Assembly (NCBI GenBank): GCA_001643675.2
Contig: LSRY02000025.1
Location: forward strand, 1 to 64,000
Direction of reading: 5' to 3'
Source of the DNA: Monocercomonoides exilis PA203
Lineage: Eukaryota > Protista > Preaxostyla
DNA: 64,000 nucleotides
Part shown: positions 1-12,444 of the stretch, one piece after another
Numbering within the stretch: the stretch's first letter is position 1
How the letters are laid out: each line of letters opens with the position of its first letter
The notes under the pieces: generated by a model
Database searches by the model: none
The model's input: only the letters and a program-made list of their open reading frames with translations
Told to the model about the DNA's origin: nothing
Translations under genes and position numbers: made by a program

Positions 1-60
1 ATCTTTTGAAGCCATTCTTGGCTTGTTGCTCAAAAAATACACAGTTATCAATTTTCGTTC

Positions 61-1445
61 CTGTTTGCGGTGATACGAAAATTTGCACTTGGTGACATTC
101 AGTGAGAAAAGGTATTATTGGATGTGAAATCAAATTTTCAAGTCGTTTTGCATTATTTGGCAATTTGAGATGACTTCTTGTCAAAATGTCCGACCTGGGT
201 GCGCAATGACCACATGCAAAGCTGAGAGGCTTCAATAGCATTGACTCTTATCAACCTGGATACACGAACACATTCCTATAAAATCATTATTCCGAAATCT
301 GGCTGTTTGCCTCAACTTGCATGAATGACTCCTTTGCATGGCAGATACTGTCCATAGGGCCATAGAGACCAAGAAAAGCAACTTGAAATAAACAAGCTGT
401 TTGAGATAGAGATTGAAATTTGAGAGGACATTCTTTGGGCTTTGTTGATTGGCTCAAGACAAAATCCCTTTTCGGTTCTGAGAGAAAAAAGAGATCAAGG
501 AAGTTGATTTGTGTTTCTGCACCATTTTTGCATTCTGCCAGAGATCGCAAAACAGTATTTTGTGGAAACAAATACGTGGGCTCTCTGAACGAAGATAAAT
601 GAGAATTAATTCAAGGTTTGCCAATTGATTGCATTCAAAATGTGCATTTTATGAGTCTTTTTCCTTCTTCACAACAGGCCAACAGCCACAGATTTCAATT
701 GCTCAAAAATATCGACAATTTATCTCAAGGTTTATTAAAGGCAAAATATTCAATGGAAGCAACAATGTTGGCATGTTTGTTCTTCAACATTGGGAAATAA
801 TGTTCATTCTTCTTTATTTCACTCAATTTTTGGGGGACAAAGTGTTTTTGTAAAAACAATTTCTTTGCTGATTCTTGACTGATGAATTTAAAGTTTGCTT
901 GTTTTCTGAGTGCTTTTGTTTTTGAGATCCTATTTGTCTTGATTTCAGTTTTTCAACTCTTTCTTTATCCTTTGAATGTTTTGCAATTCGTCTCATATTT
1001 GGTGAGAATCTTTCTTTGTGATCTTGCGATTTTCGATGGATTGAACAGGCGAATGATTCTCCTGCTTCCAAAAAGGCATCAATCAAGAAAAGTCGAAATT
1101 GGACTTAAAGTTGCAAAAGAAAAGAATGAAATTGGAAGAACAACTTTTCAGGTATTTTCAATGGAAAAATGAAAAATCATCAATTGGTGCAATTCTAAAT
1201 GAAGGGAACAGAAAGCGATTACAGAAGAGAGGAAATTGTCAGAGATAAAAGAGATGAAGGCAGTTGAAAATAAGATAAAAATCAAATCAATGGATGCTTT
1301 TGTCTCATACTTGCTGCCCTTTTTCAATGAAAGAAATTCAAATTGCCAGTTTTGCAAGATCCGCGAAATATTGAAATTATATGTTGAAAGGGAGCTTTCA
1401 TCAAAAAAATATCCAGAATTTTCAAATGCGATTCAAGGACTTTAA
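61..1445 (+). pseudogene. Decayed hypothetical protein gene (left copy)
   Basis: Frame 1 from 61 to 606 reads protein-like but has 7 TGA and 1 TAG. Further fragments (MEATMLACLFF, SMDAFVSYLLPFFNER) lie downstream. No domain recognised. Confidence 0.4.
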
Positions 1446-1817
1446 AGTTATTGCAATGATTCTGATTTGAAACTATTTTGAGAAAGCATTCACAACTTAT
1501 TTGGCTTTCAAAGTGAGTCTTCGAAGAGCAACAAAAAGTGAAAAAGACAATGCTTGCTATTATCTATATGAGCAGGATTATTGTAAATCAAAGACCCAAT
1601 ACACATCTATTCCATGAAAATCTCAAAATAAAAATGGATTGAAAAGGAATATCTGCTTCCTTTTCAGTCTGGATTTCACGCTGAAAACTTGGCTGGATAT
1701 TCGATTATTATCAATAGCCATCATTCTTTTCGGTTGCATATCTCTCAAAAACATCTTTGTTTCTTCATTTTTGTCATTAATAACTTCAACTTTGATGTTA
1801 ATCATTCTTCAGCTCAT

Positions 1818-4800
1818 TCAGGTGAAAGTGCTTTGACTGTTGATGAACATTATTTCTGAGGAAGCCAAAGATCCGGATTGCTCCACTTTTGAGTTTTCGG
1901 ATATCCTTCCTGGTGGATGACTGCATCGGATATAGTGAGAATCACAGCTCCTGCTGGAAATCTTTGGATGAATTCTCGTTTCAGTTCGCTCGGTGTTGGC
2001 CTTGCTCCTTGCTTCTCGCTCACTGTCAATTTGACCAATTCACAAAAGAAGAGCGCAAACTGCAGCCATATCTGGTCTTTCTCCATCACAATCTTCTTCC
2101 CCACCGTCTCAGCCTCACACTCCCAAAACGGGATCTCCAATGTCAAGCACTCTCACAGTGTTATCCCAATAGAGAACGAGACTGATTCTTTTGCTGCACC
2201 CATGTTCCTGTTGATCAGCAGCTCAGGCGCCTTCCGCCTCAAGCACTCTTTTTGAAGCTTTCCTCATCCTCAAATGCGTATGATGGCAGAGAGTCATCAT
2301 CATCATCATCACTTGCTGATGTAACAACAGTTGATGACAAGATGGATGATGGATCCAAATCTTGTGAAGAACTATCAAAATGCATCGCAATGCAGATCAC
2401 CATGTGCCCGGAGAACAACACAATGTGAGGACTCAGATTTACAAGAGATGAAAGGGGATTGTCCATTTCATCAAATGAATTAAGTGCAAGATTTGCAACC
2501 CAGAACAGGATCTGAGCAGCTGTTTGTTCTCTTTCCTTCAGTGCCAATTGCCATTTCCTTTGTCTTGTTCCTTCCATGAAGCAGCATGAACAATGAATCT
2601 CTCAGATCCACTATCAGCTCCTCATGTGGGGATGAACAAGCCATCGCATCCACCAGATTCGACATTGATGAGGTGGTTGGGCACAGATCTTCCCTCGACA
2701 AATGTCGAATTTGAATCAATCGTTGAAGTTGATGAAATGGATGGTGATGGCGTTCTCTTCCTTGTCTCTTCTTCAACAACCTTTTCCAGCATCCATTGAG
2801 GAATCTTGTCTGAATCCCTCCCCAGAATGAATTCTGTTGGTCAACTTTCACTCAACAAATGCTCTGATGACTCTGAATGACCCAAGCTTTTCTCATATAT
2901 TCTCTTCTTCATCCTCTCTTCATTCTTCGTCTCTGCCTCTCTTTCTGCTCTTCTCCACTGCCTCAGGTAACATCTCCATCGTCACCATCTCAACCATTTT
3001 CGGATACTTTTTCACTTCATCGTTCACAATCTCTCTCACATCTTTATTCTCATTCTTTGCTCTTCTCCATCGAACTGCCAAAACAACAGACACAATAAGA
3101 ACGATCAACAGAATAACAACGAGCACAATCACAATGATTGTCCAAATCGATTTTCCTTCTTTTCCGCTTTCAACAGATTTTCATCTCCATTTGCCTGACT
3201 TTCACTTCTGTTCTTCAGAATGAAAGAGTTTGTTGATGAAGGAGAATCAGCATTCCCAAAAAGATATGCACGCTCATTTCTATTTCATTTCCACAACTGC
3301 TGATAAGACCTTTTCCCACACTCCCTTCAACTTCCCTTTCTGATAGAAATCCATTTGAATCAAAATCATGTTTTTCAATCTCATTCTCATCTCCCTTCCT
3401 CTTCACAACTGAGAATGACAGATTGCATGGAACAAGTGGCATCATTTTGAATGTCAACTTCATTCTATCTGTTGATTCTTTTGCTTCCACACTCTCCAGA
3501 ACTGGAATAAAGAATGATGAATCTCTTTCAGAAACAACACCTTCAAAACTGCATCCTTCATTCAATATCCAAAGTGAAGTATTATCCTTCAATCCATCTC
3601 CTCCTTTCAAACTCATCATATTCAATATTTCTGAATCTGAACAGATGATATTCCTTCTCAATGATGGATATTCTTCAATTGAAGGATTGTTATTCATGAA
3701 CTCTCCTTTCTCGATCATGATATTTCCTCCACTCAATGTTATTCCTCCTTCAGCTGAATTCGAGATTGTTGTGTCTTTCATCAAAACAGAACTCTTGGCG
3801 ATATCCACAAGAGATCCTGACCATCTGCACATCTCTTCCACCTTCAAATTCTTCTCGTTTCTTTCCTTTGTCATTCCATCGAAAATGCAACTGTCCATTT
3901 TCACATCCAAGCAATCCTCAATTTCATCAATTTTCCTTTTGTGGTCTTTGTGGTTGTTTCTCCCATTGTGCAATTTGTCAACTGTATCGTCTTTTTCATT
4001 GAAAAGCATGACATCAATGATTCTTCATTACTTGCAATTGAGATACTTTCAACCTTTAATCTGTCCATATTCAATTGACCGCATTCATTAATATCTATCA
4101 AAGAAGTTAAAAATGTTGAACCACAAATCGTGAATAAATAAATTGCTGATGGAAGTGGTGATGAAAGATGCAAAGCAGATTCTTGAAGAATGAGATTTGA
4201 CATTGCATATCCATCAAGTTGTAATTCTCCTTTTTCCATATTTATTAGATGAAATGGAATGTTTGCAAAAGCAGCATTTCCTTCTTCATTCGATTGTTTT
4301 GAGTCAAATGAACAATTCATCATTTCAAGAAGTCCTCCTTCTGGTGATATTAGTGATTCATGAGAAAAATGAAATCTGAATCAAACACAAAGTTCACTCT
4401 CACCAATGAAACTGTTCCAATTGTTGAAATCAAAGAATCCTTTGTTTTTTCAATACTTGGTTTCACTTCAACCTTGCAATTTTCTCTGCTCTTCGAGCTC
4501 AAACTCATTTCCTTCAGACTTATTTCACCACCAATCACACTCTCTCCAATAACAATCATTTGACTCATAAAATCAGAAGTCAGATGCATCAGTCCATAAT
4601 CAATTGAATAACATGGAAATGTGTTTGTTCCACATTGCCTCTCATCAGATCCATTAACATTGCTCACAATGATTGTGTCGCTCTGATGGATCGTTATTAA
4701 TACCATCAAATTTGTATCGATTGGATAATCACACTCCTCTCTCCCACATATCCCATTAATTCGTGAATAATTATTCTCTCGAAGATCAAATTGAAATTGG

Positions 4801-5156
4801 GTTTCATTGATCTGCGATGCAATGCTAAAGCATTCAATGAAAATATCATTCCCCACTCTTGCTGTGTTTGCGCTGAATTTCATCCCCACAAATGCAAAAT
4901 TCAATTCACCTCTTTCCTTTGTGATCAGATACACCCCTCCTCCTTTCCCATTGGTGCAGCTGCATTTACTGATTATTGAGTCACTCATCTTCATCGATCC
5001 AGAGCTACTCAATGTAAAGAATACTGTCTCTCCTTTTTCATTTGTTTCTATCTTATCTTCATCATTCCATATTGACTTAGAAGAAAAGTTATAATTTGTT
5101 TTGTTTATAGAAATAATTTTTGCATAACAATAAAATAAAAATAGAAAAGCAAACAT
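1818..5156 (-). pseudogene. Receptor-like TM protein with degenerate kinase C-lobe (left copy, fragmented)
   Basis: Mirror of 19456..22806, broken into ORFs 4350-5189, 3901-4323, 3215-4009, 2920-3132, 2480-2851, 2239-2577 and 1850-2146 by extra indels. Confidence 0.8.
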
Positions 5157-5725
5157 CCATCTGCATTCAAAATATATTTTGAATAACATCCAATAATGTT
5201 GGATTCATATAGTTCCATATTGCACACATAAAGGCTTCGCAATGCAATAATAAAATTTTTCAAACAATATAATAATATCTTTAATAACGATCGGTGCAAA
5301 CAATTTATAAATAGAAATATATTAAAATTAATATTCATTCACCAGCGTATACTCCATGCATCATTCAAAAATGTAATTCTAAGTTTTTAGAGATTGAAAA
5401 GTTTATTATGGGACAGATCAAAAAATTCTTTATAAAAATTTTAATTTCTATAAATGTGTTATTTCTCAGAAATTCGTTAATACAAAGGTTAATATAACAA
5501 TTAAAAGCATTGCATGTATTTTATTATAGGTAGTAATCCTTAAATATTTCTTTTGATAAAAAATTGTCATATTTATGAGTGATTTTACAAAATTGAATTT
5601 TTGCACAAGAAAAACAATTACGAAAAATTCGTCCACTAAAAAGTTATAATTTATAATTAAGAATTATTTCATCATAAAGTTAATTTCTTACAATGCAAAT
5701 TGCAAAAGAAGAACAGATGTACCTA

Positions 5726-7748
5726 GGGTGGTTTTTATCCGGACATTTTTTATCCGGACAAAATTTTTAATAATTAGTTTAATCTACCCACTTTTCATAT
5801 TTTATTACTTGTTATTAGTATATAAGGAAAAGTCAGAAGTTAGAAATTAAGATTAAATTACTATACCTAATCTCTGATGGGGGGGGGGGGGGGGGGGGAA
5901 GTTAGCTCCTCCATCTCTGATTTGTGCCTCCCTGAGGAGATTAGGCAATAGCAAGGGGTATTACTAAGTTAGAATTTAATCGAAAAAAATTTTTTATTTT
6001 TTCATTTCAAAAAAATTTTTTAAAATATTAAAATTAGATCTTGACCAATATTTTATTTGTATGAGCGTTGTGAAACAAAGAAAAGAAATTGGATTGGCGA
6101 AATTGAGAGATTTGATGAAATCTTTCCAGTATCGTCAAATCAAAAATCGATTAGTACGTATTGCGACGATAATTGCTGATGGAAAATGCCGTGTTACCGA
6201 CGCTGCTAATCTTAAGGAATTCTCTCGTTCATCGATCAACCGAGCCGTTACTGCTGTTGAAAATGGAAGAACCGTGGGAAAAGTTGGTCGACCAGAGCTG
6301 TTCACTACAGAAGATAAAGAAGTGATTACAGGAGTCATCAGAATAGAAAGCATGACAGGAGTGAGTTATTCTGTAACTCAAACAAAACAATTGGTTTGCA
6401 TTTTTATGTTTTTCTTATTTATATTTTTTATTTATTATAATGAAAGATGGAATCCGTGCTAACTGATAGAAAAATTCGAAGTGGAGAAGTAGAAGATCAA
6501 GAAGTTAAAATTTCAAAATCAACTCCGTATTCGTTTGTCAAACGCAATCCCGATCTTAAAACGTCCATTCCTCATAACGTTGATATTCAACGTTTATCGG
6601 TATCAAACAAACAATCTCTTCAACCTTTCTTCTCTCTTCTTCAATCACTTCATGATTCCCACAAATACTCTCCTTCTCTCATCTTCAACACCGACGAATC
6701 CTCTTTACGCCTTTCCGACACCACAAAACAACTAGCCGTTCATCCTTCAGATGTTCCAGTCGGGTTTTCCAAAACACCAATCAACATGCCAAACTCCACC
6801 CTTGTGGTTGCAGTTGCAGCTGATGGTTATTCTTTACCAAGCCTTGTTCTTTGGCCATCTAAAAAACTTCCACAAGAAATGAAGGTCTTGCTCAGCCCGC
6901 AGCTTCACGCCTGGGCAGACAATGATGGATGGATGACTGATGCACTGTTTGCTCGCTATGCTGAAGAGATACTACTGCCTGGAATTGTCCAAAGAAGAAA
7001 ATTGCTGGATATGAATGAAGAAAGATGCTTGCTTCTCTTGGATTCTCATCCTTCAAGAGCACAGCCAGATCTGTGGCAAAAATTTGCAGATTCATCAATT
7101 GACGTGGTAACATTTATTCCACACAGCACTCATCTTACACAGCCACTTGACTGCGGAGTTTTTGCTGTGTTCAAAAGATGTTTCAATTCAAACTATGTTG
7201 TTCCATCTTCTTCTTCGATCGCACTCAGACGAAAAGCAGTTGCAAATGCCTTGCCACAGGCTTTGCAAACTGCATTGCTTCCTTCAACAATTCACTCTGC
7301 ATTTGAAAAGAGCGGAGTGTTGTCTGGGCAGTCCAATACTGTATTGGTGAAGTTGCCTGACACTCCTTCAGTTCAGCTGAAAAAAAAACCCATCGTTTCA
7401 ATTTCCATGGAAAAAATATTACCGACCAAGCATTTTTAGATGAATGGAAAGAATACAAAAGATGAAAGATGAAAAGAATATTGATGATTCTGCTGAAGAA
7501 AAATTGAAAAGATTTGTTTTCTGAAGACAAGCCGAAAAAAAGAAAAATATCAAAATCCCAAATTTTAAAAGATGATGATTTTGAAGATGATAATGAACGA
7601 AGAAATACCAGAAAAATTATTAAAAGAGAATTGATGGATTATATTTACTATTGATTGTTGCGTTTTTCGAAAATTTTAACATGCGATTTATAAAAAATAT
7701 TTTTTTCTATCAAAAAATAAAAATTATGTCCGGATAAAAAAATCACCC
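5726..7748 (+). mobile_element. pogo/Fot1-type (Tc1/mariner superfamily) DNA transposon, left copy
   Basis: TIRs GGGTGGTTTTTATCCGGACA (5726) and TGTCCGGATAAAAAAATCACCC (ends 7748), flanked by TA at 5724-5725 and 7749-7750. The left end has a second TTTTTATCCGGACA copy. Encodes a DDE_1-type transposase. Confidence 0.93.
6061..7654 (+). CDS. DD35D transposase; exons 6061-6393 and 6447-; C-terminal tail out of frame after A9 at 7380-7388
   Basis: N-terminal HTH-like region with GRP motif. Catalytic motifs FNTDES, LLLDSH and TQPLD, with 35 residues between the 2nd and 3rd Asp. A 53-nt GT-AG intron (6394-6446) joins TKQL|MESV in frame. Confidence 0.88.
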
Positions 7749-8381
7749 TATGCCATTTTTTCTCATAAAGTATTTATTACAATATAAAAAGAATAAATAT
7801 TTTGGATTCAATAATAAAGTTGGTACTAATAAAAATCTGAAGCTAACAATTTTTTTTCTGAATCAGTTGACACAAATCAATGCTTATTCTCTTTCAACAT
7901 TTGTGTTTCTTAAATTATTCGTTATTGAAAAAATAAATCTATAAATGTCAACGTTCTTTTTATAAAACCAATCATCAAAAATTGATTATAATAATTCAAT
8001 TTTTTAAGGAGCAAAAGTGAATAACAAATTAGTGATGATAATAATATTAATTTGAAAAAAATTGAAAGACAACAAAAACTAATATATTCATCATGGACTG
8101 ATAACTGCCTCAACGATGAAAATAGTGCATGGCGTTGAGCCAGAAACTATTATAAATAATAAAACTTGAAAATAAAAAAGCAAAAGAAAAGATAACAAAA
8201 GAAGGAAAAATAGTTAATATCGCTCATTTGGTTGCAACAAACAAGCATATCAATAAAAATGCAAAACATCTGCTTTACGGGTATAACTTATGAATAAAAT
8301 CAAAAGAAAAAATAATAAGCATGTAATTTTTCTTTGTCAATATTCATCAATAACAATTACTGACTTTACTCCTCCATTGTT

Positions 8382-11300
8382 TTAGTTGTTCCGAGACCTT
8401 TTCTTCCTGACAACAACAATTACGATAATCACAACAACTACCACAATCACCACAACCACAATTGGAACAACGATAGCGACAACAGTTCCTGCATTTGACT
8501 TCTTCTTTTCTGGTTCTGGCTCATCTTTCGGTTCTTTGTGCTTCAGGTATTTCTCATACACATCTTCAAGATCACCACCTTCTTCTTTTGCTCCCACGAT
8601 CCATCCTTTATTGTCATCGTTGTAATCCTTCGCAAACTCAAAGGCGTCTTTCTGTTGGCTGAACTTATCAAAGTCTGGAGCAATTATGCACAAAGATGCC
8701 ACCGAATTTTCCCCTTTGTTGTTGTTGTCAAATTCAAGTTTGCCTTCACCTGGAAGTTTCAAATTAGTGACTGCATTTTGGATCTCAATGAGAATAGCTC
8801 CTGCCTTTCCACTTGCTGCTTCACACGATTTGAATGAACATATCTTTTCTCTTCCCATTTCAACTTTTGAATTGTCATCAACCATCTTGATCATAATACC
8901 TGCAGAATTCTTACTCCCTGATTTCAATTCTTTCATGTTCAACCCTTCTATTTTAACGCTCGAAACTTTATCAGTGGCATCCTGAACGATAATTGCTGCT
9001 CCATCTGCTACACTCACTTTATTGATCTCAACTGTATCAAATTTGACTGAAGAGGATTCTTTAATAACAAACAAAGATTCTTGGAATTTCACTTCGTTAT
9101 CGCCCTTGCATTCGATATCTTTCATTGTAAGTTCTCCTGCTTTCACATAAACAAGATGGATTTTTGCAACTTTTTCATCATTACTGGGTGCAACTGGCTC
9201 TGGTCTCACAAATTTGCAGTTCACTAAATTCAACTTAGCATTTTCACAGTCTGCAACGATCAATGAATGTGGATCGGTATTTGATTCCTTTGTCTTATCC
9301 AATGACAATGGGAATAAGAAGGAAATTCCTCTGAACTCAACTTCACTCTTGCATGTGAACAAATGACTGTCTAATTTAGCATTGCAATCAAGAGTAACTT
9401 CTGTCTCAATTTCTTTTTCTGTTTCTTCTCCAGTTGTTTTGGTTACACCAACAATCGTTATCAATGAAAATTTATCAAGTATAACAGCTTCAGCTTTGAA
9501 TGATTCATTCGTTTTGATGATGTTGATCTTGAACTTTTCTCCTCCAACGCCAACTCCAAACAATTTGTATGCTGTATCCAGTTTTTCTTTGGGTTGTCAT
9601 AGCTTAATCCATTTTTGTATCATTATCTGCTGTGGCACTCACATACACATTTATATTCGGATCAAAATACACTTCTGTGAAATCAACTTCATTAGCATTA
9701 TCTGCTCCTTTTGCAACAACAAAGCCTTCATTCGTTCCTTTCTTGTAGTTGGCTGCAAAGCTTTTCTTCATCGCTATTGCCATATCTCTATGAAGGCTGA
9801 CTGGTACATCCAAATATAATCCTGTGTTCTTTTCAGCATTCGAAGCTGTATCTTCTTCACCAGTATTGCACCTAGTAAATTCTAAATTATCTCCTGTTTC
9901 TGGCCACGACAATTGAGTTGCTTCTGTTATTGCTTTCATTTCCAGATATATTGCTCCTGATTTCCCCTTTGTACATGTACAACCATCGAATTTTGTTTGA
10001 CCGTTATTTTCAACTATAAATGTGCTTTCTGCATGTTCGCTCTTTACATATAATGCTCCACATGTTGTATCTTCCGATTTGCATTCTGTGAATGTGCATG
10101 TGTCCAATTTCACTGAAATAGCTGTGTCTGTTTTGCCAACAATTTTCATAGCAGCACTACTATTTGATGTAATATTCTTCAGATTCAACGATGTCAATGA
10201 AACTAATGTTGTTGTTCCATCAACTAAAAATGGTGTTGCTGAAAATTTCACTTCGTTCTCAGAAGTGCATTCGACTTTATTCATTGTCAATGTTCCCGAA
10301 CTCACTTTCACAAGATGAAATTTAATATCTTCCCTGTATTTGAAAGCATCCCAGATGTAGTGGTTTGTGAAGGTCTCTTAAACTTGCAGGACTCAATTGT
10401 TAGAGAAACTGATTCTGATTCTGTATTTATTTCATATTCTGTTCTTGCAGCTGCGCAAATCAAGGCAAATGGTCCTTCATTTCCTTCAGATACGCTTGTT
10501 TCTTGTTCGGATGTTGCTTTGATATCAAAAATCAAATTCTTGAATGTGACTATTTTCTCACATGTGAACAGATCCGCTTTATCAACAGCGCTACAATCAA
10601 TCTCAACTTTAGTCTCAGCTTCGCTTGCAGTTTCCTCTGCTTCTACCACTCCTTCTATAGTAATTCCTGTCTCTTTTGAGAATGTCACAGCTTCTGCTTT
10701 AAGTACTTCTTGGTTAGATTTTCCTTTTTCTTTTAATATTTCAATGGAAAATTCTCCGAACCCTTTTGAATCTGTAAATAATTCATAAGCTTTTTATAGA
10801 TCCAAATGGTTTTGTTTTTGTTCCATCTGCTGTGCCATCACTTCCTCCATTTTGAACATATGCCTCATGTGGATCAAAATATAATGTCGTAAAATCAATA
10901 TCTTCACTATTTTTCCCTTAGCTGCAACAAACCAGTCATTTGTTCCTTTCACATAATTTTTGGCAAATTTCTCTTTCATTGCTTTAGCAATGGCTGAAAG
11001 CTTGTCATCAGGCACTTCCAAATATAAAAACGTCTGTTTCTCTGATCCAGCTTTGCACCCACTAATCTTCAATTTTTCTTCCGCAGACCATATCAGTTTA
11101 TCTGCAGTTTCAATATTTGGCATTTTCAGATATATCCCACCTGATTTCCCATTGGGGCATTCACATGAAGTAAATGTTGTTGGCATTACAATTCGTTTAC
11201 TTTCTGAAATATCAAATTTGCTATCTGTTCCATTACTTTCAACATACAATGCTCCACTTGTGGCATTAGATGTTCCTTCTGTTGATTTACAATTGGAAAA

Positions 11301-12126
11301 TGTACACCCATGGATGTTCACTTCAATCTTTTCACTATTGTTTCCCACAATCTTCACTACTGCACTTGCACTCGATTCGATGTTATTGAATGTTGATGCA
11401 ATAAATGTCACTTTTGTTGCTTTGTCAAATAAAAACGGAGTAGTTGAAAACTTTGCAGTGTAGTTTTCATCACTGAAAAACTGCTTCCATGTTGAATTCA
11501 CCTGCTTCCACTTTCACTAAATGTATATTGGCTGTTCCTGCAGGACGAGCAAATTGGCAAGTGCTTATTGTTAGATTAGGTGATAGATTATCTGAGTTTG
11601 TTGTCGTGGATAAAAGATCAGATGACCCTGAAATTGATTCCTCTGAATTTGCAACCAAATGAATAATAGCCAATGTGTTGCCATCATTGGATGCAGTTCC
11701 AAGTGACATTGGATATATAAACTTCAGGTACTTGAATGTCACATTTTGCTTGCAAGTAAACAGGTCCTTGCTTGAACCAGTATCGCCATTTTCCTCAGTG
11801 GATGTACAATTTATTTCCACTAACTCAGGAGTCCCATTTCCACTTTGTTTTCCTTGGATCATTAATGAAACGTTTTTATCAAATTCATTCACTCCTGCCA
11901 CTAACGCGGGCGTATTATTTTCTTGCTTTATAATTGTAATGATGTATGAACTTGAACTTGTATCACCATTAAGCTTATCATATGCTCCTTTAATTGAATC
12001 CATAGGATTTCCTTCTGTTCCATCTCCACCCGATGATGCTTTACTTTTGACGAACATTTCTTCCACTTTTCCTTCTTCTGAATATATTGAAAGCACAACT
12101 TGCAAAAATACTAATTTCAAAAACAT
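8382..12126 (-). CDS. Three-module type I surface protein (left copy, frameshifted)
   Basis: Mirror of 12445..16197, split into five ORFs by single-base deletions in homopolymer runs. These may be sequencing errors or pseudogenisation. Confidence 0.8.
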
Positions 12127-12444
12127 TTTCAACTGATGTTCTTTTCTCAATGCAATCAAAGATCGACGGACACATTAATTGCACAATCATTATTGCTATT
12201 TATGGTCTATTACATACTTCGTATTTATTGGTATTTTCGAGTAATCGCTATATGTGTTAATTTAATCTTTGAAATCTTGTTTTTGAAGATTGCTTTCATT
12301 ATTATCTCAAAAAGACAACATAACGATTACTCGATAGTACTAAAAAATACGAAGTATGTAATAGACCATAAATAGCAATAATGATTGTGCAATTAATGTG
12401 TCCGTCGATCTTTGATTGCTTTGAGAAAAGAACATCAGTTGAAA

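Noticed and set aside
8382-12159. Five separate genes, or a silent antigenic-variation cassette
   Set aside because: The fragments are near-identical to 12445-16197 and break at homopolymers. There is no sequence diversity to donate.
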